From contig JAOBJT010000002.1 of the NCBI GenBank assembly GCA_025728345.1, forward strand, positions 41,075-105,074: a DNA stretch of 64,000 nucleotides, written 5' to 3'. Under the pieces are notes generated by a model. The model did not search any database. It had not been told where the DNA came from and saw nothing but the letters and a program-made list of their open reading frames with translations. Below, one piece after another: positions 10,841-21,223 of this stretch; position 1 is the stretch's first letter, and every line of letters begins with the position of its first letter. This DNA comes from Candidatus Lightella neohaematopini (GTDB lineage Bacteria > Pseudomonadota > Gammaproteobacteria > Enterobacterales > Enterobacteriaceae). Made by a program: the position numbers and the translations under genes.

Positions 10841-13627
10841 ATGTCACCTAAATTTATACATTTACATATAAGAAGCGAATATTCTATAATAGATGGATTA
10901 TCTAATATTAATCAATTAGTGAATCAAGCAGTAAAATTTAATATGCCTGCATTAGCGATTACTGATTTTACTAATTTATATGGTGTAATTAAATTCTATA
11001 ATACTGCTTATAATTTTGGTATAAAACCAATTATTGGTGCTGATTTTATTATTAAAGATTATACTAATAGTTATCAATCATATGCAATTACGATATTAGT
11101 AATGAATAATATTGGTTATAGTAATTTAATTTACTTAATATCTAAAGCACATAAATTTAAAGTAAATGCATCTAGTATTTTCATTTATCGTGATTGGTTA
11201 AAATATCATAATTCTGGATTAATTATTTTATCTGGAGCGCAATTTGGCGATATAGGACAGTGTTTATTATATAATCAAAATAATAAATTAAGGTATTATA
11301 TCTCATTTTATAAAACTTATTTTCAAAATAGTTTCTATTTAGAAATTACACGTAATGGTTTTGAATTAGAAAATGAGTATTTAAATAAGGTTATTAATTT
11401 ATCTATAGATCAAGATTTACCATTATTAGCAACTAATAATGTTAGATTTTTAAAAAAAGATGATTTTAAAACACATGCAGTTAGAGTTGCTATTAGTAAT
11501 GGCAGTTATGTAAATAGTAATAAAAATTTATCTGTTTCTTATAGTAAAGAACAGTATATGAAAAATGAAGAAGAAATGTGTTTACTATTTAATGATATAC
11601 CAGAATCACTAGTTAATAGTGTTGAATTAGCTAAAAGGTGTAATGTAACTATTGCATTAGGAAAATATCTACTACCAAAATTTAATGTACCAAAAAAATA
11701 TACTGCTGAAAAATATTTAATAAAAATTTCTAAACAAGGATTAATAAATAGATTAAAAAATAATTTTACTAATAAAACTATAAGAAATAAAAAATGGATT
11801 ATTTATTATCAAAGATTAAATTTAGAATTAAATACTATTATTAAGACTGGTTTTACTAATTATTTTTTAATAGTATCAGAATTTATTAATTGGGCAAAAA
11901 ATAATAATATACCTGTTGGTCCTGGACGAGGATCTGGAGCTGGATCATTAGTGGCTTATGTTTTAAATATTACTGAACTAGATCCATTATTATTCGGTTT
12001 GATTTTTGAAAGATTTCTAAATATAGAAAGATTATCTATGCCTGACTTAGATATTGATTTTTGTATGGAAAAAAGAGACTTAGTAATTAATTATGTTGTT
12101 AATAAATATGGTGTAGATAATGTAGCGCAAATTATTACCTTTGGTACTTTAACTGCTAAAGCAGTTATTCGAGATGTTGGTCGTGTTCTTGGATATCATT
12201 ATAACTTTGTAGATAAAATTGCTAGATTAATTCCTATGGATTTTGGTGTAACTTTAAAAAAAGCTATTTTAACTGAACCTAAATTAGCAAAATTATTTAG
12301 TAGTAATGAAGATGTAAAAATTATATTGAATATGGCTTTTAAATTAGAAGGAGTAATCCGTAATGTTAGTAGACATGCTGGAGGAATTGTTATTACACCA
12401 AATAAAATCGTTAATTTTGCTCCATTGTATTTTGATGATAAAAGTAATTATGCAGCAATACAACTAGATAAAACTGATATAGTCAAAATTGGTTTAGTTA
12501 AATTTGATTTTTTAGGCTTGAGGACTTTAACAATTATTAATCATACTATTAATATGATTAATAAGAAAAATACAAAATTAGGATTAAGTAATATTAATTT
12601 ATCTAGTATTAAATTAAATGATAAGAATAGTTTTATTTTGTTAAATAAAATAAATACTAATGCAGTTTTTCAATTAGAATCAAAAGGTATGCAAGATTTA
12701 ATAAAAAGATTAAAACCAGATTCTTTTGAGGATATTATTGCATTAATAGCTCTATTTCGTCCTGGACCATTACAATCTGGTATGGTAGATAATTTTATTA
12801 ATCGTAAACATGGTATAGAAAAAATTTATTATCCTGATATTAATTGGCAACATGATTTATTAAAACCAATTTTAAAATCTACTTATGGTATTATTTTATA
12901 TCAAGAACAAGTTATACAAATAGCACAAGTATTAGCCGGTTATAGTTTTATTAATGCTGATATATTACGTCAAGTAATTAGTAAAAAAAATTTTACAGAA
13001 ATGGATAAACAAAAGTTACTATTTATTAATAGTGCTAAAAAAAATAATATTAATGAACAATTAGCTACTAAAATATTTTATTTCTTAGAAAAATTTGTTC
13101 ACTATGGATTTAACAAATCTCATTCTACTGCATACGCATTATTATCTTATTATACATTATGGTTAAAAGCTAATTATCCAGCAGAATTTTTATCATCTGC
13201 AATGACAACAAATATAAATAATCAAAAAAAAATATCTATGTTAATTCAAGAGTGTGCTCTTATGAACATAAAAGTTATGTTACCAGAAATTAACTATAGT
13301 CAATATCATTGTTATGTCTATAACAATATTATTATATGTGGTTTAGGTATGATTAATGGTTTAGGATCTAATATAGCTAAAGAAATTATTAAAAAACGTA
13401 ATCAGGGAAAATTTAAAAACTTATTAGATTTTTGTATCCGTGTTGATACTGGAATAGTTAATAGATCTATAATTAAACAATTAATAAAATTTAATGTGTT
13501 TCGTTTACTAAAAATAACTAATAAATCTAGTGAAGATTATATTGATAATATTATAAATAAATCTAAACAGTATGGTAGTTATTCAAAATATCAAACTGAT
13601 ATGTTTATGAATGTAATTGATAAATAA
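10841..13627 (+). CDS. dnaE: DNA polymerase III alpha subunit, C-terminally short (928 aa)
   Basis: PHP domain (HLHIRSEYSIIDG, ALAITDFTNLYG), GPGRGSGAGSLVAY, MPDLDIDFC, FDFLGLRTLT, LFRPGPLQSGMVDNFI, GFNKSHSTAYA. The last aligned element is QTDMF (E. coli QADMF clamp motif), followed 7 codons later by TAA. Confidence 0.95.
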   Translation: MSPKFIHLHIRSEYSIIDGLSNINQLVNQAVKFNMPALAITDFTNLYGVIKFYNTAYNFGIKPIIGADFIIKDYTNSYQSYAITILVMNNIGYSNLIYLISKAHKFKVNASSIFIYRDWLKYHNSGLIILSGAQFGDIGQCLLYNQNNKLRYYISFYKTYFQNSFYLEITRNGFELENEYLNKVINLSIDQDLPLLATNNVRFLKKDDFKTHAVRVAISNGSYVNSNKNLSVSYSKEQYMKNEEEMCLLFNDIPESLVNSVELAKRCNVTIALGKYLLPKFNVPKKYTAEKYLIKISKQGLINRLKNNFTNKTIRNKKWIIYYQRLNLELNTIIKTGFTNYFLIVSEFINWAKNNNIPVGPGRGSGAGSLVAYVLNITELDPLLFGLIFERFLNIERLSMPDLDIDFCMEKRDLVINYVVNKYGVDNVAQIITFGTLTAKAVIRDVGRVLGYHYNFVDKIARLIPMDFGVTLKKAILTEPKLAKLFSSNEDVKIILNMAFKLEGVIRNVSRHAGGIVITPNKIVNFAPLYFDDKSNYAAIQLDKTDIVKIGLVKFDFLGLRTLTIINHTINMINKKNTKLGLSNINLSSIKLNDKNSFILLNKINTNAVFQLESKGMQDLIKRLKPDSFEDIIALIALFRPGPLQSGMVDNFINRKHGIEKIYYPDINWQHDLLKPILKSTYGIILYQEQVIQIAQVLAGYSFINADILRQVISKKNFTEMDKQKLLFINSAKKNNINEQLATKIFYFLEKFVHYGFNKSHSTAYALLSYYTLWLKANYPAEFLSSAMTTNINNQKKISMLIQECALMNIKVMLPEINYSQYHCYVYNNIIICGLGMINGLGSNIAKEIIKKRNQGKFKNLLDFCIRVDTGIVNRSIIKQLIKFNVFRLLKITNKSSEDYIDNIINKSKQYGSYSKYQTDMFMNVIDK

Positions 13628-13657
13628 TAGTATTAATAATTTTAATCGTAAAATATT

Positions 13658-14626
13658 ATGAACCTAGAATATCTTGATTTTGAACAACCAATTATAGAAT
13701 TAGAAGAAAAGATTAATTTATTAATTATTAATAATGATAAGATAAAAATAAATGATATTAATTTATCTAATAAAATTAATAGATTAAAAGAAAAAAGTAT
13801 TAAATTAACTAATAAAATATTTTCTAATTTAAATAAATGGCAAATAATACAATTAGCAAGACATCCATTAAGACCTCATACTATAGATTATATTAATACT
13901 ATCTTCACTGATTTTGATGAACTATCTGGTGATCGTATGTTTTCTGATGATAAAGCTATTATAGGAGGTATTGCGCGTTTAGAATCATATTCAGTAATGA
14001 TAATAGGTCATGAAAAAGGTCGTAGTATTAAAGATAAGATTAAGCGTAATTTTGGTATGCCGTCACCAGAAGGTTATCGAAAAGCTCTTAGATTAATGCG
14101 TATGGCTAGTAATTTTGATATTCCAATAATTACTTTTATTGACACTCCAGGAGCTTATCCTGGTATAGAAGCTGAGGAACGGGGACAGGCAGAAGCAATA
14201 GCAAGAAATTTATTAGAAATGTCTCATTTAAGTGTACCGATAATATGTATTATAATAGGTGAAGGTGGATCCGGAGGTGCTTTAGCTATTGGAGTAGGTG
14301 ATAAAATTCATATGTTACAATACAGTATTTATTCAGTTATATCTCCAGAAGGATGTGCTGCATTATTATGGAAAGATAGTAGTAAAATACTATCATCTAT
14401 TAGATCAATGAATATAACCGCAATAAATTTGAAAAAATTAAAATTAATTGATAATATTATTGATGAACCTTTAGGTGGAGCTCATAAAAATTTGCAATTA
14501 ACTGCAATGAATATAAAAAAACAACTACTAATAGATTTAAATAAATTAAAATTTTTAAGTAAAAAACAATTATTAAAAAATCGTTATCATAAATTAATTA
14601 ATTATAATTATGAATTAAGCATGTAA
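13658..14626 (+). CDS. accA: acetyl-CoA carboxylase carboxyltransferase alpha
   Basis: 322 aa. [72 protein letters not shown]. Confidence 0.96.
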   Translation: MNLEYLDFEQPIIELEEKINLLIINNDKIKINDINLSNKINRLKEKSIKLTNKIFSNLNKWQIIQLARHPLRPHTIDYINTIFTDFDELSGDRMFSDDKAIIGGIARLESYSVMIIGHEKGRSIKDKIKRNFGMPSPEGYRKALRLMRMASNFDIPIITFIDTPGAYPGIEAEERGQAEAIARNLLEMSHLSVPIICIIIGEGGSGGALAIGVGDKIHMLQYSIYSVISPEGCAALLWKDSSKILSSIRSMNITAINLKKLKLIDNIIDEPLGGAHKNLQLTAMNIKKQLLIDLNKLKFLSKKQLLKNRYHKLINYNYELSM

Positions 14627-14631
14627 ATAAA

Positions 14632-16008
14632 GTGATTAAAGATTATACAAAATACTTGCAACAACAAGTAATTAAGTTTATTTATCCATATAATTATTTA
14701 TTATTAGCTTTTAGTGGTGGTTTAGATTCTATGGTTTTGTTAGATATAATCACAATGTTACGTAATAAATATAATAATATATTCTTAAGGGCTTGTTACA
14801 TTGATCATCAGCAAAATAATTTATCTTCTAATCAATGGTTACGTCATTGTATTTACGAATGTAAACAACGAGATGTATTATTTGTTTATGATGCTATTAA
14901 AATTAATAAAGGTAATTTTGAACAAAATGCACGTAATCAAAGATATAAAAAACTATTAAAAATTATAAAATATAATGAAGTATTAGTTACCGCACATCAT
15001 CAAAATGATCAAGTAGAAACATTTTTTTTAGCATTAAAAAGAGGTAGTGGTCCTAGAGGTTTGTCAGCAATGCCAATAGATCAACCATTTTATCATAGTA
15101 GATTATTAAGACCTTTATTAAATTGTTCAAAAATAATGTTATTATCTTATGCTAATGAGAATAAATTAAATTGGGTGAATGATAATAGTAATTATGATAA
15201 TTCATTAGATCGTAATTTTTTAAGAAATAATATTATACCTTTGTTACAAAAAAGATGGAGTAATTTTTGTCAAAATGTTACTTTAAGTGCTTACTTATGT
15301 GCTAATCAAGAACAGTTAATTAATATATTATTGAATAAAATAATTTATAGTATGATATTTCATGATGAATCATTAATAGTAGATAATATGATTGGGATGA
15401 ATATAGTTTATTGTTTAGCTATTCTACGTTTTTGGTTAATAAAAAAAATTTTTATATCATGTTCTTATAAGAAATTAAATACAATATGGAATGAAGTAGT
15501 TTTGAGTAGAAATGACTCATTAGCTAAATTTTATATAAGTAATTTCATAGTACAAAAATTTAAAAATCGTTTGTATGTACATAAATTTAGTAATCGATAC
15601 AAAGATTTTTGTAGTAAAACTATTATATTTACGTCAACTAATAATTACAAGAGAATTTTATTACCTCTAAATTTAGGAGAAATTTTATTATTAACAATAA
15701 ATAATATTAACAATAAAAAACTAATATCTGTTGTAAAAGCACCAACAATAACAGATATTGTATCAATACGGTTTAATATAAAAGGTAAAACATTAATAAA
15801 GTTAGTACATGCCAAGCATCATATTACCTTAAAAAAAATTTGGAAAATATTATCAGTACCTCCATGGCAAAGAAAAATTATACCAATATTATTTTATAAT
15901 AATAAATTAATTGCAGCTATAGGATATTTCGTTACTATGTATGGTGCACCAATTAATAGTAATCATTGGTATTTATATTGGTTTAATAAAAATAAATACC
16001 TTTATTAA
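14632..16008 (+). CDS. tilS: tRNA(Ile)-lysidine synthase (GTG start)
   Basis: 458 aa. PP-loop motif LLAFSGGLDSMVL, TAHHQNDQVETFFLALKRGSG, LLRPLL. Follows accA as in reduced E. coli-type synteny. Confidence 0.88.
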   Translation: MIKDYTKYLQQQVIKFIYPYNYLLLAFSGGLDSMVLLDIITMLRNKYNNIFLRACYIDHQQNNLSSNQWLRHCIYECKQRDVLFVYDAIKINKGNFEQNARNQRYKKLLKIIKYNEVLVTAHHQNDQVETFFLALKRGSGPRGLSAMPIDQPFYHSRLLRPLLNCSKIMLLSYANENKLNWVNDNSNYDNSLDRNFLRNNIIPLLQKRWSNFCQNVTLSAYLCANQEQLINILLNKIIYSMIFHDESLIVDNMIGMNIVYCLAILRFWLIKKIFISCSYKKLNTIWNEVVLSRNDSLAKFYISNFIVQKFKNRLYVHKFSNRYKDFCSKTIIFTSTNNYKRILLPLNLGEILLLTINNINNKKLISVVKAPTITDIVSIRFNIKGKTLIKLVHAKHHITLKKIWKILSVPPWQRKIIPILFYNNKLIAAIGYFVTMYGAPINSNHWYLYWFNKNKYLY

Positions 16009-17639
16009 ATACCTTTCTTTATTTTTTTTAATAAAAATTGTACTATATTGTTACTATTAACTAAGGTAATAGTGTTATTAGTGCGGTCTTTATATTCTAT
16101 TATTCCTTTATTTAAATTACTTTTACTAATAATTAGTATATTTGGTATACCAATTAATTCTATATTATTTAACATAATACCAAAATACTCTTTACTATCA
16201 TAAAGAAGAGTGTCTATATTATAGTGTAGTAATTTTTTATAAATATATTCTGTCTTATTCTTTACTTCTGTTGAGGAATAAAAATTAATTGGTAATAATG
16301 CTACATTAAATGGAGCAATAATAGGTGGCCACTTTATGCCATATTGATCATTATTTTGTTCAATAATAGCTGCAATCAATCTTGTTATTCCTATACCATA
16401 ACATCCCATAATTAATTCTGTTTTATTATTATCCTTTTTTACATAAGCTTTCATAGGATGGGAATATTTTGTTCCTAGCTGAAAAATATGTGCAATTTCT
16501 ATTGCATTATTTTTAGTTAAGCCAGTAAAATTAATATTTGTATTACATAAATTTTTTATCTCAGGTAAAATTAAATCTTTACCCCAATTAACGTTTATTA
16601 AATATTCCTCAGGTATATTATTACTAGTAACAAAATTTTTCATATTAGCAACATCATAATCAATTATTATTGGTATTGACAAATTTAATACACCAATAAT
16701 ACTACTATTGATTTTTAATATACTCTTAATATCATTCTTAGTTGCTAACTCAATTGGTAATTTTAAATTTAGTATTTTACTAACATAAAAAAAATTTAAT
16801 TCTTTATCTGCTCTAATAACTAAAGCTAATAGCGAACTATTATATTTTAGTAAATTACTATTCCGTATAATAATTACTTTAACTATCTTTTTTATAGATA
16901 TATTTAATCTATTTGATAATTCATCTATAGAATTAATATTGGATACCTTTATTAATTTTAATTCTTTATAATTTTTAGTTTCACTACAATTATTAATTTT
17001 TCTAGCATAAAATTCATGAGATATATCTCCTCCAATAAATCCAGTATCTGCTTGAATAACTGAAAAATTAATTTTCATACGATTAAATATTTTTTTATAT
17101 AAATGAAAAATCTTATTATACGTTTTTTGTAATGAAAATTTATTGGAATGAAATGAATAAGCATCTTTCATAATGAATTCCCTAGAGCGTATTACTCCAA
17201 AACAAGGCCTAATTTCATCACGAAATTTATATTGTATTTGATAAAAAATTATTGGTAAGTTCTTACAAGAACGAATTTCATTATTAACTAAATTTAATAT
17301 TACTTCTTCATTAGTTGGTCCTAAAATATATTTTATTTGTTTGCGATCAATGATGGACATAATTTCTAAATTATCAATTGTTAGTCTACCACTTTCTTTC
17401 CATAAATATTCTGGTTGTATTATTGGCATTATTAATTCTATAGCACCTATGCTATTCATATATTTTTTAATAAGATTTACTACTTTATTTAAAACACGTA
17501 CACCAATAGGTAACCAAATATAAATTCCTTTAGATGATTTACGAATCATACCAGAACGTAACATTAATTTATAACTAATACTTTCTATATTAGAAAAAAT
17601 ATTTTTACTTGTAAAAATTGGATATTTACTAATACGCAT
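16005..17639 (-). CDS. proS: prolyl-tRNA synthetase
   Basis: 544 aa. Class II motifs (FRDEIRPCFGVIRSREFIMKDAYSF, GCYGIGITRLIAAIIEQNND), IAHIFQLGTKYS. Colinear with E. coli ProRS, including an internal INS-length insertion. Confidence 0.95.
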   Translation of the reverse strand: MRISKYPIFTSKNIFSNIESISYKLMLRSGMIRKSSKGIYIWLPIGVRVLNKVVNLIKKYMNSIGAIELIMPIIQPEYLWKESGRLTIDNLEIMSIIDRKQIKYILGPTNEEVILNLVNNEIRSCKNLPIIFYQIQYKFRDEIRPCFGVIRSREFIMKDAYSFHSNKFSLQKTYNKIFHLYKKIFNRMKINFSVIQADTGFIGGDISHEFYARKINNCSETKNYKELKLIKVSNINSIDELSNRLNISIKKIVKVIIIRNSNLLKYNSSLLALVIRADKELNFFYVSKILNLKLPIELATKNDIKSILKINSSIIGVLNLSIPIIIDYDVANMKNFVTSNNIPEEYLINVNWGKDLILPEIKNLCNTNINFTGLTKNNAIEIAHIFQLGTKYSHPMKAYVKKDNNKTELIMGCYGIGITRLIAAIIEQNNDQYGIKWPPIIAPFNVALLPINFYSSTEVKNKTEYIYKKLLHYNIDTLLYDSKEYFGIMLNNIELIGIPNILIISKSNLNKGIIEYKDRTNNTITLVNSNNIVQFLLKKIKKGI

Positions 17640-17751
17640 AATATTTAAATAAGTATTAATTAATAAATAAAAGTATTAATGATATTTTGATAGTATCAAT
17701 ATTTCAATTTAAATAAAACTATAACCATAATTATTTTTACAATAAATCAAC

Positions 17752-17779
17752 TTGACATAATAAAAAAACAGTGTACGCT
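17752..17779 (+). promoter_or_regulatory. candidate sigma70 rrn promoter (TTGACA-N16-TACGCT)
   Basis: Perfect -35 hexamer TTGACA at 17752-17757, a 16-nt spacer, then TACGCT (T1, A2, T6 conserved) at 17774-17779, preceded by an A/T-rich UP-like tract. Lies about 18 nt upstream of the boxA element. In DNA this AT-rich, promoter-like hexamers also arise by chance. Confidence 0.3.
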
Positions 17780-17796
17780 TTTTTATTTATGTTAAT

Positions 17797-17832
17797 TGTT
17801 CTTTAACAGTAAATTGTGTAGGCACTTAAGAT
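17797..17832 (+). promoter_or_regulatory. rrn leader antitermination boxA-boxC elements
   Basis: TGTTCTTTAACA (17797-17808) matches E. coli rrn boxA TGCTCTTTAACA at 11/12 positions. TGTGTAGGCACTTAAGAT (17815-17832) matches the E. coli leader TGTGTGGGCACTCGAAGAT apart from two substitutions and a 1-nt gap. The spacing from boxA is a few nt shorter than in the E. coli leader, and the elements lie about 90 nt upstream of mature 16S. Confidence 0.65.
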
Positions 17833-17918
17833 CAATAATAGTATTTAGATAGTAACAATAAAATATATAGTATAAGTTAATTACTTATTAAAATATGTTT
17901 TGTGTTACTGTCTTATAA

Positions 17919-19487
<1,569 letters not shown>

Positions 19488-19547
19488 CTTATTAAGTAAA
19501 TAATAAGTATATATCTTGAGTGTCTACATAAATTACTGTATAAATAT

Positions 19548-19622
19548 AGGCTTGTAGCTCAGTTTGGTTAGAGCACACCCCTGATAAGGGTGAGGTCAGT
19601 GGTTCAAGTCCACTCAAGCCTA
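19548..19622 (+). tRNA. ileT: tRNA-Ile (anticodon GAU)
   Basis: AGGCTTGTAGCTCAG...CCCCTGATAAGGGTG...GGTTCAAGTCCACTCAAGCCTA. Near-identical to the E. coli rrn spacer tRNA-Ile. Cloverleaf folds by hand. CCA not encoded. Confidence 0.95.
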
Positions 19623-19638
19623 AAATAAAATAATTTTT

Positions 19639-19711
19639 GGGGCTATAGCTTAGTTGGTAGAGCATCTGTTTTGCACACAGAAGGTCAGCGGTTCAAATCC
19701 GCTTAGCTCCA
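19639..19711 (+). tRNA. alaT: tRNA-Ala (anticodon UGC)
   Basis: GGGGCTATAGCT...TCTGTTTTGCACACAGA...GGTTCAAATCCGCTTAGCTCCA. G3:U70 identity pair present. Equivalent to the E. coli spacer tRNA-Ala. Confidence 0.95.
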
Positions 19712-19723
19712 TTTTTTAAGTGT

Positions 19724-19797
19724 GGTGCGGTAGTTCAGTTGGTTAGAACATCGGCCTGTCACGCCGGGGGTCACGGGTTCAAGTCCCGTCCGCACCG
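19724..19797 (+). tRNA. aspT: tRNA-Asp (anticodon GUC)
   Basis: GGTGCGGTAGTTCAGTTGGTTAGAA...GCCTGTCACGC...GGGTTCAAGTCCCGTCCGCACCG. Closely matches E. coli tRNA-Asp. Starts only 12 nt after tRNA-Ala. Confidence 0.95.
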
Positions 19798-19834
19798 TAT
19801 TTTATTTATTATTAAATTATCTAAAATAGATATA

Positions 19835-19907
19835 AGGGATGTAGTTCAAATGGTAGAATATCAGTCTCCAAAACTGAATGCTAGGAGTTCGAATCTCCTC
19901 ATCCCTG
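19835..19907 (+). tRNA. trpT: tRNA-Trp (anticodon CCA)
   Basis: AGGGATGTAGTTCAAATGGTAGAA...GTCTCCAAAACTG...GAGTTCGAATCTCCTCATCCCTG. Matches E. coli trpT. Asp-Trp is the rrnC-distal tRNA pair in E. coli. Confidence 0.95.
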
Positions 19908-20672
19908 TTAAAAAACATCTTTTTTATTACGTAAAAATTTAAAATAACTAAAATTATTCATATCATTAGGAAACTTAATGAAGTTTTCTTCATAAAAACT
20001 ATTAGTGCATTGTATAAATGGATTAATTATCCTCTCTAGATATAAAGAGGTTGGTAAACTTGGTATTTTATTTAAAATCATACGTTTAATTATTCTTCTA
20101 TAGTGTTTTACTATAAACATATTATTTAATAGTGCTATATTATTAGCAATAATAAAATCTAAATTATTTATAGTGTATTCATGACTAGGAAATATTATAG
20201 TATTACTTGGTAATTTGTTAATTTTATTTAATGAATTAAACATATTTGTTATAGAACTATTAAATATTCTACCACAGCCAGCAGAAAATAATGTATCACC
20301 ACAAAATAACCATGGATAATGATAATATCCAACATGATATTTAGTGTGACCAGGTAATGATAATACAGTAAATTTACATTGTTGTAATATACTAATAACA
20401 TTATTATTTTCTATAGTATAATTATTAATATAATTAGTTTCTTTTGGACCATATACTGGTACTTGATAAATATTTTTTAATGCTTTTACTCCAGAAGTAT
20501 GGTCATTATGATTATGAGTAATTAAAATTGCCACTAGGTGTAACTTATAAAGTCTTAAAAATTTAGTAACTAATGGTTCATTATTAGGATCAATAATTAA
20601 ACATTTATTACCATTTATTACTAACCAAATATAATTATCAATTAAGGTACGTATTACTTTTATTTTTAACAT
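19908..20672 (-). CDS. gloB: hydroxyacylglutathione hydrolase (glyoxalase II)
   Basis: 254 aa. DNYIWLV, metallo-beta-lactamase motif ITHNHNDHTSGV, LPGHTKYHVGYY, FCGDTLFSAGCGR, SHEYT. Colinear with E. coli GloB from the first residues. Confidence 0.92.
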   Translation of the reverse strand: MLKIKVIRTLIDNYIWLVINGNKCLIIDPNNEPLVTKFLRLYKLHLVAILITHNHNDHTSGVKALKNIYQVPVYGPKETNYINNYTIENNNVISILQQCKFTVLSLPGHTKYHVGYYHYPWLFCGDTLFSAGCGRIFNSSITNMFNSLNKINKLPSNTIIFPSHEYTINNLDFIIANNIALLNNMFIVKHYRRIIKRMILNKIPSLPTSLYLERIINPFIQCTNSFYEENFIKFPNDMNNFSYFKFLRNKKDVF

Positions 20673-21147
20673 AAAATATTTTTTCGTAGTTAGTATCTAT
20701 TAAATATGGTTTATAATTAGCCATATAATAAGCTAATTTATCACAATAATTATTTTCATTACAAATACTATGGCCTTTAACCCAAACCCATCTTATTAAA
20801 TAATTAGATTGTAAAAAAAATAATTTTTTCCAAAGATCAATATTTTTTATAATTTTATTTTTACTATTATACCAATTATTAGCTTTCCATATATGTATCC
20901 ATTTTGTTATGCCTTGTTGTACATAAATACTATCAGTATATACTGTAATATTACTACTATTTAAGTGTAATACTGACCGTAATGATATAATAATACCAAT
21001 TAATTCCATACGATTATTAGTTGTTAATCTATAACCACCACTAAGTATAATACTTTTATTTTTTAATTTAATTATAACTCCATATCCGCCTTTACCAGGA
21101 TTATTGATACATGATCCATCAGTAAAAATATTAATATATTCTTGCAT
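20638..21147 (-). CDS. rnhA: ribonuclease HI
   Basis: ORF track opens at 21207. I use ATG at 21147 (MQEYINIFTDGSC = E. coli MLKQVEIFTDGSC). TTNNRMELIGII, YVQQGITKWIHIWK, WVWVKGH. The tail is about 11 aa longer than in E. coli and overlaps the gloB start by 35 nt. Confidence 0.92.
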   Translation of the reverse strand: MQEYINIFTDGSCINNPGKGGYGVIIKLKNKSIILSGGYRLTTNNRMELIGIIISLRSVLHLNSSNITVYTDSIYVQQGITKWIHIWKANNWYNSKNKIIKNIDLWKKLFFLQSNYLIRWVWVKGHSICNENNYCDKLAYYMANYKPYLIDTNYEKIFYVKNKSNTYLN

Positions 21148-21223
21148 TTTATAAAAAAATCTAATATAAACATTAAAACTTAATTTTAGTAAATTAATTT
21201 GTAACATTATATATATTAAGAAT

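Noticed and set aside
16005-16008. tilS and proS converge and share the tetranucleotide TTAA as overlapping stop codons.
   Set aside because: The overlap is real, but it is a trivial result of genome compaction. It has no functional implication beyond the absence of terminators.
19739-19942. 67-aa ORF (MVRTSACHAGGHGFKSRPHR...) on the plus strand.
   Set aside because: It is the translation of tRNA-Asp, the spacer and tRNA-Trp. The unusual G/C-rich codons come from the tRNA stems, so it is not a protein gene.
21148-21207. Longer N-terminal extensions offered by the ORF track for rnhA (to 21207), rpoD (to 36628), rpsU (to 38744) and lpxA (from 8837).
   Set aside because: Homology to the E. coli proteins begins at the internal Met in every case. 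For rpsU an AAGGA Shine-Dalgarno precedes the internal ATG. For rnhA the long form would leave only 16 nt for the divergent dnaQ promoter region. For lpxA the long form would overlap the fabZ 3' end.
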